The position numbers and the translations under genes are program-made. A stretch of 64,000 nt of DNA, taken from assembly GCA_038250675.1 (NCBI GenBank), contig JBBSCB010000002.1:2658-66657 (forward strand), written 5' to 3'. Source of the DNA: Gemmatimonadales bacterium (GTDB lineage: Bacteria > Gemmatimonadota > Gemmatimonadetes > Gemmatimonadales > GWC2-71-9). The notes below the pieces were generated by a model. It was given only the letters and a program-made list of their open reading frames with translations, was not told the origin of the DNA and ran no database searches. Shown here piece after piece: positions 20,547 through 29,758 of the stretch; within the stretch, counting starts at the first letter, position 1; every line of letters starts with the position of its first letter.

Positions 20547-22414
20547 GCGACGTCCGCCAGCTGGCTGCCGAGACTCTCCGCCATGCCGGCAATGGTAGGC
20601 GCGTCGAACAATGCCAGCAGAGAGAACTCCACATGCAGCGCCTCGCGCAGACGCGCGGCCAGCTGCGCCGCCAGGATCGAATCGCCGCCGACCGCGAAAA
20701 AATTGTCGTGTACGCCACCCGGGCTGCGGCCGAGGACCCCGGCCCAGATGGAGGCGATCACTTCCTCGACCGGCGTCCGCGGCGCGACGCTTTCAGTCGG
20801 CGCGAGCGGCCACTCCGCCTCGATTCCGAGCGTTGCGGCCAGCCCGATGCGCTTGGGCTTGCCGGTTGGGCCCTTCGGCAGGGACTCGAGGAACACGATT
20901 CGGCGCGGCACCTTGAAATACACCAGCCGTCCGGCGACATGCTCCCGCAGCTCGAACGGTGACGCGACGGCACCGGGTCGCAGCACGACCGCCGCGGCGA
21001 CCTCTTCGCCGAGCGCCGGGTGCGGCACCGCAAAACTCAGCGCCTGTCCCACCGCCGGGTGCGCCATGAGCGCCTCGTCGATCTCGAGCGGTGAGATCTT
21101 CTCGCCGCCGCGATTGATCAGCTCCTTCAGCCGCCCGGTGAGGAAGAGATAGCCGTCCTCGTCGAGATGCCCCTGGTCGCCGGTACGGAACCACCCATTG
21201 GTGAATGCGGCCGCGTTGGCCCCGGGGTTGTGCGCGTACCCCGGCGTGACGTTGGGCCCGCGGATGACCACCTCGCCGGTGGCGCCGGCCGGGAGCAGGG
21301 CACCAGCCGCATCCATGATGGCGATCTCGGGGCCCGCCGCGAGGCCGACAGAGCCGGCCTTCCGCTCCCGCGGCGGGAGCGGATTGCTCGCCATTTGATG
21401 CGCGGCTTCGGTCATGCCGTACGCCTCGACCACGGGCACGCCGAACGTGCGCTCGAGCTCGAGCAGCGTGGGGCGCGGAAGTGCTGACGATGAGGACCGG
21501 ATGAAGCGAAGCCTCGAGCGCGCGATGATGTCGGCATGTTCGCCGGCGCGATCCAGTATCGCCTGGTGCATCGTGGGCACCGCGGTGTACCAGGTCGGCG
21601 CAAACTCCGCAATCCAGTCAAAGAAACGCGGCGCCTGAAATCCGGGCGGGCACGCCACGCTGGCGCCGGCCGCGAGCGAGGAGAGCGTCGCGCCGATCAG
21701 ACCGTGAATGTGGAAGAGCGGCATGACGTTGAGACAGCGATCGGCCGGACTGAGAGCCAGCGCCCGGCCGATGTGGCCGGCCGACGCCGCGAGATTGGCG
21801 TGTGCGAGTGGTACCATCTTGGGGCGGGAAGTCGTTCCCGAGGTATGGAGCGCCAGGGCGACGTCATCGGGTGACGGCTCACGAACCTCCGCCGCCGCCG
21901 GCAACAGGCCGTCGACGGTAAACCGGCCGGCCGTCTCACCTGCGGCCGGTGCAAGCTCCATGATGCCGATGCCCCGGGCTCGGGCCACGTCACGCGCGGG
22001 CGAGTCGAGGTCAGTGGCGATGAGCAGCGCCTTCGCGGACAGATCGTCGAGATAGAACTCGAGCTCCGCTCGGCCGTACGCAGGATTGAGCGGGGCGCAC
22101 ACCGCGGCACCGGCCACGGAGAGGAACGCAGTCGCCATGTCGGGACCGGTGGGGACTATCACCGCGACGGCATCGCCGCGCCCGAGCCCACGGTCGGCCA
22201 GCGCGGAGGCGACGCCACCCATGTGGGCCATCAGCCCGGCGAACGACAGCGGCGGGCGGTCCACCGAGTGAATGGCGAGCGCGCTTGGCGTGCGCTCCGC
22301 GCGTCGGGCAATGAGCTCGGGAAGAGTGCTCGGATGCGACAAACCGATCTCCCTGAATACGAGTGGACCGCCGGAGTGCAAGTCCCATGCTCTGGCTGCA
22401 CTCCGCCGGACCAT
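20543..22414 (-). CDS. AMP-dependent acid ligase (AAE3/Pcs60 oxalate-CoA ligase-like) fused to C-terminal carrier (PCP/ACP) domain
   Basis: LHTSGTTSRPKMVPL, MPLFHIHGL, TWYTAVPTMHQAILDR, EAYGMTEA, GEVVIRGPNVTPGY, WFRTGDQGHLDEDGYLFLTGRLKELINRGGEKISPLEID, PKGPTGKPKR, then the carrier motif NFFAVGGDSILAAQL. An alternative TTG start at 22342 is preceded by AGGGAG. Confidence 0.9.
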   Translation of the reverse strand: MVRRSAARAWDLHSGGPLVFREIGLSHPSTLPELIARRAERTPSALAIHSVDRPPLSFAGLMAHMGGVASALADRGLGRGDAVAVIVPTGPDMATAFLSVAGAAVCAPLNPAYGRAELEFYLDDLSAKALLIATDLDSPARDVARARGIGIMELAPAAGETAGRFTVDGLLPAAAEVREPSPDDVALALHTSGTTSRPKMVPLAHANLAASAGHIGRALALSPADRCLNVMPLFHIHGLIGATLSSLAAGASVACPPGFQAPRFFDWIAEFAPTWYTAVPTMHQAILDRAGEHADIIARSRLRFIRSSSSALPRPTLLELERTFGVPVVEAYGMTEAAHQMASNPLPPRERKAGSVGLAAGPEIAIMDAAGALLPAGATGEVVIRGPNVTPGYAHNPGANAAAFTNGWFRTGDQGHLDEDGYLFLTGRLKELINRGGEKISPLEIDEALMAHPAVGQALSFAVPHPALGEEVAAAVVLRPGAVASPFELREHVAGRLVYFKVPRRIVFLESLPKGPTGKPKRIGLAATLGIEAEWPLAPTESVAPRTPVEEVIASIWAGVLGRSPGGVHDNFFAVGGDSILAAQLAARLREALHVEFSLLALFDAPTIAGMAESLGSQLADVA

Positions 22415-22499
22415 CCGCAGCTGTTGCCCTGCAACGTCTTAGACGAATCGCACCAGCCTCGCGCGCGGGACCCGAGGCGGGCGTGCCACACAAGCGGCG

Positions 22500-24140
22500 C
22501 TACTTGAGGCGCGGCTCCGTGGTACGCGGAGCCTTCACGCACGCCGGCCAGGTCGTGGGGAAACGACGGCCGCGCCCGGCGCCCGGACCGGTTTGCGGTG
22601 CCGCGGCCTCGCGCGCCGCGGCGATGGCCGCCAGGTCCACCCGCTCACGCGTGATCGTGGTCGGGTCCTCGGACGCGAGGTAGGCCAGCATCGCCGTCAG
22701 CGTCGCGTTCGACTTGAGATCATCGAACACGATCTTGTCGTAGGTGTCCCGGTTCGTGTGCCACGTATAGTTGCCGTAGTCCCAGCTGAGCGCCCCGAGC
22801 CCAAACGCCGGCGCACCGTAGCAGGCAAACGAAAAATCGTCGCTGCCGCCGCCCGCGGGAAAACCGGGACCGCCGAAATTCACCTGAGCCTTAAACTCCG
22901 CGGGGACCTGGTCGAGCCAGCGGGTGATGTGCTCGGCGGCGTTGGGGAGTCCGGCGCCGCCCATGCGCACGACGCGGCCAGTGCCGTTGTCCTGGTTGAA
23001 GAGCGCCTGCAGCCCCTTGATGACCTCGGGATGGTCTTCCGTGAATGCCTTGGAGCCGACCTCGCCCTCCTCTTCGCCGGCCCAGTGGCCCACCAGGATG
23101 GTGCGCCTGGGGTGCGGATACACCTGCTTCAGGATCCGCATCGCCTCCAGCATCGTGATCGTGCCGGTGCCGTTGTCGGTAGCGCCCGACGAGCCGTCCC
23201 ACGAATCGAAGTGGGCCGACAGCATCACGTACTCATCCGGCTTCTCGCTGCCCTTGATCATCGCGATCGTGTTGAAGACCGGCCGCTCGCCCAGCAGCTC
23301 GGCGTCAAGATTGAGGCGCAGCCTGGGGTGCTGATCGTTTTCGGTCAGGCGGAAGAGCAGCCCGTAGTCCTCGCAGCTCAGCGCGATCGCCGGCGCGCGC
23401 GTGTTGTAGGTCTCGAAGATCTCGATCGTGCCCCAGGCATCCTTGGGCCGGGAGGTGACGACGCCGGCGACACCGCCCTCCTCCAGCCGGAGGCCGAGCT
23501 CCCCGGTGCCGATCGCCAGGCTGTAGCCGGTGCCGCGCACGTCGCGCCCGCCCCACTCCCGCTGGAGCTGTGCGCGCAGACTGTCCATTCGCGCCTTCGA
23601 CTCCGGCGTGGCGTTGGTCGCCCAGTCCTCGCGGGGCCGACAGGTGGGCTGCGGAGCCGCCACCAGCACCAGCTTGCCGCGGGCGCTCGCCAGCCACTTC
23701 ACGAACTCGGTGCTGTCGGCAAAACGCGGCAGGATGACGGTGCTGGCGACGAGGTCCTTTCGCCCCGTGCCGGGACTGTACCCGAGCATCGTGCCCTCCA
23801 GCGAGCGCACTCGCGGCTCGACGAGGTCGATGTGCGAATAGCCCCGTCGCCAGCCGCGCCACGTCCCGAACTGCTCGTTCTTCGCGTCGATACCCCACGA
23901 CTTGTAAACATTCACCAGCCAGTCATTGCCGCGTCTGGCGTCCGGCGATCCGGTCAGCCGCGGCCCGATCGAGTCGAACAGCGCCTGCGAGAGCTGCATC
24001 GTGTGCGAGCTGTCCATCCCGATGGCCCAGATCCGCCCGATGACCGGATCGTTGCCGGGGAAGGTTTGCGCGTCCACCGCGGCGGGCAGCGTACCCAGCG
24101 CGAGGGCGGCGGCGATGCACAGTCCGAGCTTGCGAGTCAT
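22500..24140 (-). CDS. Secreted M28-family metallopeptidase (aminopeptidase-like)
   Basis: Start at MTRKLGLCIAAALALGTLPAAVDA|QTF. Zinc motifs SAHFDSWDGSSGATDNGTG, GHWAGEEEGEVGS, WHTNRDTYDK. Confidence 0.8.
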   Translation of the reverse strand: MTRKLGLCIAAALALGTLPAAVDAQTFPGNDPVIGRIWAIGMDSSHTMQLSQALFDSIGPRLTGSPDARRGNDWLVNVYKSWGIDAKNEQFGTWRGWRRGYSHIDLVEPRVRSLEGTMLGYSPGTGRKDLVASTVILPRFADSTEFVKWLASARGKLVLVAAPQPTCRPREDWATNATPESKARMDSLRAQLQREWGGRDVRGTGYSLAIGTGELGLRLEEGGVAGVVTSRPKDAWGTIEIFETYNTRAPAIALSCEDYGLLFRLTENDQHPRLRLNLDAELLGERPVFNTIAMIKGSEKPDEYVMLSAHFDSWDGSSGATDNGTGTITMLEAMRILKQVYPHPRRTILVGHWAGEEEGEVGSKAFTEDHPEVIKGLQALFNQDNGTGRVVRMGGAGLPNAAEHITRWLDQVPAEFKAQVNFGGPGFPAGGGSDDFSFACYGAPAFGLGALSWDYGNYTWHTNRDTYDKIVFDDLKSNATLTAMLAYLASEDPTTITRERVDLAAIAAAREAAAPQTGPGAGRGRRFPTTWPACVKAPRTTEPRLK

Positions 24141-24178
24141 GTCGTCGAGTCCAGTCCAGAGTGGAAGGAGGTGATGGG

Positions 24179-26032
24179 CTACCGTCCGGCGACAATCGGG
24201 AAGACCACCTGCGACTCCGGCTCGCTGAGCACCACCAGCCGATAGCGCCCCGGCGATGGTGTCCACTCGAAATCATAGGTTTCCCCCACCCGGACGGGCT
24301 GCACGGCGGGCCGGGCGAGGGACTGGCCCGGCGGAAGATCGGCGCCGTCCTTGGCCACCGGGCGCCAGCCCACCAGGGTCGTGTCGCGGAGCAGTCTCAC
24401 AGTTACGCGCGCGGCAAACTGCATGTTGATGAGCCGCAGCCGGTGCGGGATGCCCGCGCGCCAGTGCTGCGGGGCCGGCAGCGAATCGCCGTTGACGAGC
24501 AGGTGCGGCGGATCTGCCGGGCCATCGCTGCCGGCGATGAAAACGTGGTCGACGGCCGGCTGGAACCGATGGCCCGGCTCCAGCACCACGATGGCGCCGT
24601 ACATTCCGGCCGTCAGCTGAGCCAGGTCGTTCATGTGGGTATGGTAGATGAACGTGCCGGCCCGGGCGAGCGTGAGGTGGGCATCGAAGGAAGCTCCCGG
24701 CGCGATCCACGGCGCCCGGCGGGCTCCAACGCCGCTCCAGCCCGCCACGCCGTCGGACCAGCTCTCCAGCTCCAGCCCGTGCCAGTGCACCGCCGTGGCC
24801 TCGCTGAGGCGATTGACGACGCGGACCGTGGCCGGCTCGCCCCGTGTCAGCACCAGCACGGGCCCCGGGATCGCCACCGAATCGCGCGCGGGCGGGTGGT
24901 CGCCGCGCTGCAGCACGTACCCGCGCGTCACCGGAGCACGGCCGCGGCGCGGGCCCTGCTGCACATACAGGCGAAGCAGGTGCGGCGCCCCGACGGCGGC
25001 CGGCGCCGCGCCCGACCCCGGCGCCACACTGATGCCGAGCACCAGCCCGGCCATGTGCCGCTCAGGGTCATGTGCCATGCGCATCGCCGTGTCCTGCTCG
25101 GCCGGTGCCTCCAGCGTGGCATCGACGGTCACGTGGTACCCGATATGGCAGTGAAACAGCCAGTTGCCCTCCCGCTCGGGTACCCAGGTGATCGCCATCG
25201 TCGAGAACGCCGTCATCGGTTCCGTCACGGCCAGTCGCCGCTCCGCGGGCGCGTAGACGGTATCCGCCCCGACATCCCCGCGCGAATCGACCCGGAAGAA
25301 AAAGCCGTGCAGGTGCATCGGATGCCCGCGGCCGTTGGCGTTGACCCAGCGCCAGCGCAGCGTATCGCCCACCGTCGCCGTGATCCGCTCATCGTAGGGC
25401 CAGGAGCGGCCATTGATCGTCAGCGCATTGATGTAGCGCGTCGAATCCACCTGTCGGCCCCAGACGTTCATGACGAACACCCGGTCGGGTGGGACCGGAC
25501 CCGGCGGATCCACGATGAAGGCGCCACCCGTCGTTTCGCGTTCGTCATCGACGTCGACCTTGTGCCGCCCCAGCACCGCGCCGTAGAGGTAGGTGCCGGG
25601 CAGACCGGCGACGAAGTGCACCGCCGCGCGCTCGCCCGGGTGGAGCACCACCGAATCGGCCGCCGCGCCCGGGTGCGGCGCCAGGCCGTGCCAGACGATC
25701 GTCGAATCGGTGAGCGCGTTGTACAGGTGGGCGATCACGATGGTACCGACGCGCACCCGGATCAGCGGTGCGGGAATCTCGGGCGGCCGACCTTCCTCAC
25801 CGATGGCCGCCACCTCGATGCCGGCTCCGCTGTCGGCCTCGGGATGCCACCGCGCCATGGCAACCGCGAGATGGACCTCGAAGCTGTCCCCGACCATGCG
25901 GCCCGCCGGTGTTCGATTGTCGTTGGGATGCACCTCGGGCAGCACGGAGCCGCGCTCGCGGGCACCGCCCACCAGCAGCGCCGCGACGGCGACGAGCAGC
26001 GTCGAACGGCGCCCGAACCGGACGGAAGTCAC
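24179..26032 (-). CDS. Multicopper oxidase (three-cupredoxin type)
   Basis: Copper motifs [33 protein letters not shown]. Possible Tat-like N-terminus [19 protein letters not shown]. The start is ambiguous (GTG 26032 or ATG 26089). Confidence 0.8.
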   Translation of the reverse strand: MTSVRFGRRSTLLVAVAALLVGGARERGSVLPEVHPNDNRTPAGRMVGDSFEVHLAVAMARWHPEADSGAGIEVAAIGEEGRPPEIPAPLIRVRVGTIVIAHLYNALTDSTIVWHGLAPHPGAAADSVVLHPGERAAVHFVAGLPGTYLYGAVLGRHKVDVDDERETTGGAFIVDPPGPVPPDRVFVMNVWGRQVDSTRYINALTINGRSWPYDERITATVGDTLRWRWVNANGRGHPMHLHGFFFRVDSRGDVGADTVYAPAERRLAVTEPMTAFSTMAITWVPEREGNWLFHCHIGYHVTVDATLEAPAEQDTAMRMAHDPERHMAGLVLGISVAPGSGAAPAAVGAPHLLRLYVQQGPRRGRAPVTRGYVLQRGDHPPARDSVAIPGPVLVLTRGEPATVRVVNRLSEATAVHWHGLELESWSDGVAGWSGVGARRAPWIAPGASFDAHLTLARAGTFIYHTHMNDLAQLTAGMYGAIVVLEPGHRFQPAVDHVFIAGSDGPADPPHLLVNGDSLPAPQHWRAGIPHRLRLINMQFAARVTVRLLRDTTLVGWRPVAKDGADLPPGQSLARPAVQPVRVGETYDFEWTPSPGRYRLVVLSEPESQVVFPIVAGR

Positions 26033-26157
26033 CGCGGATGGCCTTTGCAGGGGTCCCGCAACGTACGGCCCGGTACGGGCGCACGCCATCCCGCGGTACG
26101 GGTCGCTTGTTCCCGGTGGCCGCTCCGGCCTATGATCCGGCTGGAATGGAGGCGCCA

Positions 26158-27810
26158 ATGGACCCACGCGCAGGCCGGCCCGCGCCGGCCGAACTGCTGA
26201 TCGACCCGGCCCGGCTCGAGGACGAATACTACGCCCGCCGGCCCGACCCGGACGATCCGCAGCAGCAGGTGAGCTTCGGCACCAGCGGGCATCGCGGCAC
26301 GCCGCTCGACGGCAGCTTCACCGAAGCCCACATCCTGGCCATCACCCAGGCCATCTGCGAATACCGGCGGGATCACCAGATCACCGGTCCGGTCTACCTC
26401 GGCCGGGACACGCATGCCGTCTCGGGGCCGGCCGAGCGCACCGCACTCGAGGTGCTGGCCGGCAACGGCGCCGCGGTGATCATGCAGGCCGGTGACGGAT
26501 TTACCCCCACACCGGTCATCTCGCGCGCCATTCTCGCCCACAATGCCGCCGGTCCCGCCGCGCGCGCCGATGGCATCGTCGTCACGCCATCGCACAACCC
26601 GCCGGCCGATGGTGGATTCAAGTACAACCCGCCGGATGGCGGCCCCGCCGACACCGGCATCACCCGCTGGATCCAGGACCGCGCCAACGCGCTGCTCCGG
26701 ACCGGCAATCGCGGGGTCCGCCGGCTGACGCTGGAGCGGGCCCGCGGCGCCGAGACGACGACAGCCATTGACCTTGTCGCACCCTACGTCGAGGCGCTGG
26801 CGCAGGCGATCGACCTGGAGGCGATCCGCCGGTCGGGCCTGCATATCGGGGTGGATCCGCTGGGCGGCGCGTCGCTGGCCTACTGGCCGCGCATTGCCGA
26901 GCGATACGGGCTCGACCTCACCGTCGTCAACCAGGCGCTCGATCCGAGATTTGCGTTCATGCCGTTGGACCACGACGGCACGATCCGGATGGATTGTTCC
27001 AGCCCATGGGCCATGGCCAACCTGGTCAAGCTGAAGGATCGCTATGACGTCGCGTGGGGCAACGACCCCGATGCGGATCGTCACGGCATCGTGACGCCCT
27101 CGGCGGGGCTGCTCAATCCCAACCACTACTTGTCGGTGGCGATTCACTTTCTGCTGGCGCACCGGGACGGCTGGCCGCGCGCCGCGACGATCGGCAAGAC
27201 GCTCGTGTCGAGCGCGCTGATCGATCGCGTGGTGGCGGAGGCCGGCCGAACGCTGTACGAGGTGCCGGTGGGGTTCAAGTGGTTCGCGCACGGGCTGTTT
27301 GACGGGAGCTGCTGCTTTGGCGGCGAGGAGAGTGCCGGCGCCAGTTTCCTGCGTCGGGACGGCGGCGTCTGGACTACCGACAAGGATGGACTGCTGCTGG
27401 GGCTCCTGGCCGCGGAGATCACCGCCATCACCGGCCGGGATCCGGGCCGGCACTACGAGGAGCTGACGGCGCGACTGGGGGCGCCGGTCTACACGCGCAT
27501 CGACACGCCGTGCACCGCGGAGGAGAAGGCCGGCTTTGCCAGGGTGACGCCGGCAACGATCGATGCCGACGTGCTGGCCGGCGATCCCGTCACCGCCACG
27601 CTCACCCGCGCGCCCGGCAACGACGCCCCGATCGGCGGGATCAAGGTCACAACGGCCAGCGGCTGGTTTGCCGCGCGGCCCTCGGGCACCGAGGACGTCT
27701 ACAAGCTTTACGCCGAAAGCTTCCGCGACGCCACGCACCTCGAGCGGATCGTGACGGAGGCGGGCGCCATGCTGGCCCGCGCCCTTGCTGGGCCCGGCCC
27801 CGGGCACTGA
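26158..27810 (+). CDS. pgm: Phosphoglucomutase (alpha-D-glucose phosphate-specific)
   Basis: [25 protein letters not shown]...FGTSGHRG parallels the E. coli Pgm N-terminus. [16 protein letters not shown] (active-site Ser loop), [19 protein letters not shown] lies 5 nt upstream of ATG 26158. Confidence 0.9.
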   Translation: MDPRAGRPAPAELLIDPARLEDEYYARRPDPDDPQQQVSFGTSGHRGTPLDGSFTEAHILAITQAICEYRRDHQITGPVYLGRDTHAVSGPAERTALEVLAGNGAAVIMQAGDGFTPTPVISRAILAHNAAGPAARADGIVVTPSHNPPADGGFKYNPPDGGPADTGITRWIQDRANALLRTGNRGVRRLTLERARGAETTTAIDLVAPYVEALAQAIDLEAIRRSGLHIGVDPLGGASLAYWPRIAERYGLDLTVVNQALDPRFAFMPLDHDGTIRMDCSSPWAMANLVKLKDRYDVAWGNDPDADRHGIVTPSAGLLNPNHYLSVAIHFLLAHRDGWPRAATIGKTLVSSALIDRVVAEAGRTLYEVPVGFKWFAHGLFDGSCCFGGEESAGASFLRRDGGVWTTDKDGLLLGLLAAEITAITGRDPGRHYEELTARLGAPVYTRIDTPCTAEEKAGFARVTPATIDADVLAGDPVTATLTRAPGNDAPIGGIKVTTASGWFAARPSGTEDVYKLYAESFRDATHLERIVTEAGAMLARALAGPGPGH

Positions 27811-27825
27811 CGGATCTGCCGGAAG

Positions 27826-28965
27826 TCAGGTGTCGTCGTCCTCGCCCGGCGGCTCGCGACGCCCGATCCATCCGCGGCCGCGGAAATACATGACCATGGC
27901 CAGCGCGATGGCCAGCATGACGAGCAGGAGCGCCGGATAGGCCCAGTGGACGCCCAGCTCCGGCAGGTAGCGGAAGTTCATCCCATAGAGACCGGCCAGG
28001 AACGTCAGCGGGATGAAGATGCTGGACATGATCGTCAGCACCTTCATCACTTCGTTGGTCCGCTGACTCATGCTGGACAGGTACAGGTCCATCAGACTCG
28101 ACGCGAGCTCGCGGTAGGTCTCCAGCACGTCCGCGATGTGCACCGCGTGGTCGTGACAGTCGCGGAGATACTCCCGGACCGCGGAGCTCACGAGCGGAGA
28201 ATCTTCCCGGATGAGCGCCTGCACCGCCTCGCGCTGGGGCCACACCGCGCGGCGCAGTGCGAGGAGATCGCGCCGCATCCGGTGCACCCGTCGCATCCCC
28301 TCCGGCGAGGGGCGAAACAGGATCCGGTCCTCGAGCGCGTGCATCTGCTCCCCCAGCGCCTCGATCACTGGATAGTAGCCGTCGATGACCGTGTCGATGA
28401 TGGCGTACGCCAGATAGTCGGCGCCGAGCCGGCGGATCTGGCCCTTGCCCGCACGGATGCGGGCCCGGACCGTGTCGAGCACGTCGCCGGGCAGCTCCTG
28501 GAGTGTGAGGACATAGTTGCGCCCGATGAACACGCTGATCTGTTCGGCCGTGATCTCGCCGGTCTCGCCCAGGCGCACCATCCGCGTGATGAAGAGCTGC
28601 TGCCGCTCGTAGGCCTCCGACTTGGGCCGCTGCGGCACGTTCACGGCATCCTCGAGCGCCAGCGGGTGGAGGCCGAACACGTCGCCGATGGTGCGGAGCA
28701 CGGTCTCGTCGCCCAGCCCCTGCACGTCCACCCACACGACGCCGTCCCGGTCCAGCTCCGCCGTCAGCGCGCTGGCGTCGGGAACGTCACGCTCCTCGAC
28801 GCCGGACTCGGTGTAGGCGATCAGGTGGATGTCGGGCGGCGGCGATTCCGGGGCGACGGCCAAGGTGCCCGGGGCCGCGCCGACCGGGGCCCGGTGCTTG
28901 GCAAAGCTGAGGAGGCGGGAGGCGACGCGGATGCGGCGGATGATGCGGGGGGTTCGGCGCGACAT
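27826..28965 (-). CDS. corA: Magnesium/cobalt transporter CorA
   Basis: C-terminal TM pair with the YGMNF signature (LAGLYGMNFRYLPE). Start at MSRRTPRII (ATG 28965). Confidence 0.9.
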   Translation of the reverse strand: MSRRTPRIIRRIRVASRLLSFAKHRAPVGAAPGTLAVAPESPPPDIHLIAYTESGVEERDVPDASALTAELDRDGVVWVDVQGLGDETVLRTIGDVFGLHPLALEDAVNVPQRPKSEAYERQQLFITRMVRLGETGEITAEQISVFIGRNYVLTLQELPGDVLDTVRARIRAGKGQIRRLGADYLAYAIIDTVIDGYYPVIEALGEQMHALEDRILFRPSPEGMRRVHRMRRDLLALRRAVWPQREAVQALIREDSPLVSSAVREYLRDCHDHAVHIADVLETYRELASSLMDLYLSSMSQRTNEVMKVLTIMSSIFIPLTFLAGLYGMNFRYLPELGVHWAYPALLLVMLAIALAMVMYFRGRGWIGRREPPGEDDDT

Positions 28966-29001
28966 ACTGCAACCTACGCCGGTCGGCGGGTGAAGGGACC
29001 C

Positions 29002-29055
29002 TTGACGCCATTGGCGACATACCGTACGATATATCGGCCAATATGTCGTACGATA
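29002..29055 (+). promoter_or_regulatory. Candidate padR promoter with repeated operator-like elements (corA/padR divergent region)
   Basis: TTGACG (29002-29007), a 17-nt spacer, then TACGAT (29025-29030). Direct repeat CGTACGATA at 29023-29031 and 29047-29055. Perfect 10-bp palindrome CGATATATCG at 29027-29036. This is the only AT-rich island in the area. Confidence 0.4.
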
Positions 29056-29072
29056 CTTCGCCAGGAGGCGGT

Positions 29073-29654
29073 ATGAGCAGTGCGCGAGAGGATTGGGGGT
29101 TCGGGCCGGGGTTTCCATTCGGGCCCGGCGGGTGGGGCGGCCGCGGCGGGCCGCGGGGGCCGCGTCGGCGCGGTCCGATGTTCGGGGCCGGTGAGGTGAA
29201 GTTCGTGATCCTGCGGCTGCTCAAGGAAAAGCCGCGGCACGGCTACGAAGTGATCAAGGCGCTGGAGGAGAAGATGGGCGGGTGCTACACGGCCTCCGCC
29301 GGCACCGTCTACCCCACCCTGCAGCTGCTCGAGGACGAGGGGTACGTCCGCGCCGAGGATACCGACGGCAAGAAAGTCTATCACGTGACGCCTGAGGGCG
29401 AGCGCTATCTCGAGGAGCACCGCGATCTGCTGGACGAGATCATCGACCGCGTGCGCGAGACGGTGCGGGACTTTACCGGCGGCGGCATCGGCGAGGTGCA
29501 GGGCGCCTTTGCCCGGCTCGCCGGCGTGACGTTCAAGCGCGCGTGGCGGCGCGGTCCGGAGGACGCCGCACTCAAGCGCGTGGCCGAGATCCTCCGCAAG
29601 GCCGCCGACGACGTTGAGGCGGCGTGGCAGGCGGGCACGGCGGCGGCGGAATAG
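29073..29654 (+). CDS. PadR-family transcriptional regulator with Gly/Arg-rich N-terminal extension
   Basis: Winged-helix core FVILRLLKEKPRHGYEVIKALEEKMGGCYTASAGTVYPTLQLLEDEGYV. AGGAGG lies 4 nt upstream of ATG 29073. Confidence 0.85.
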   Translation: MSSAREDWGFGPGFPFGPGGWGGRGGPRGPRRRGPMFGAGEVKFVILRLLKEKPRHGYEVIKALEEKMGGCYTASAGTVYPTLQLLEDEGYVRAEDTDGKKVYHVTPEGERYLEEHRDLLDEIIDRVRETVRDFTGGGIGEVQGAFARLAGVTFKRAWRRGPEDAALKRVAEILRKAADDVEAAWQAGTAAAE

Positions 29655-29735
29655 CTCGCATGCGCTTGGGCAATCTCTTCGGGATCATTCCGGTCCACTC
29701 GGCTTCATGACGGGGCCGCCGGCTTTCCAAGCCGT

Positions 29736-29758
29736 GCGGCCGCCGCGGGGGCGGCCGC
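29736..29758. terminator. GC-rich hairpin between convergent padR and prfC
   Basis: GCGGCCGCC-gcggg-GGCGGCCGC (9-bp stem), immediately after the prfC stop. No U-tract. Confidence 0.4.

Noticed and set aside
24161-26200. 679-aa plus-strand ORF with an apparent GGAGG Shine-Dalgarno, antisense to the multicopper oxidase
   Set aside because: The minus-strand frame contains all four canonical copper-binding His motifs. The plus-strand product has no motifs. The SD-like string is coincidental.
28966-29072. Mg2+ (M-box) riboswitch upstream of corA
   Set aside because: The available leader is about 100 nt at most, too short for an M-box. It is occupied by promoter and operator-like repeats, and no M-box conserved helices are seen.
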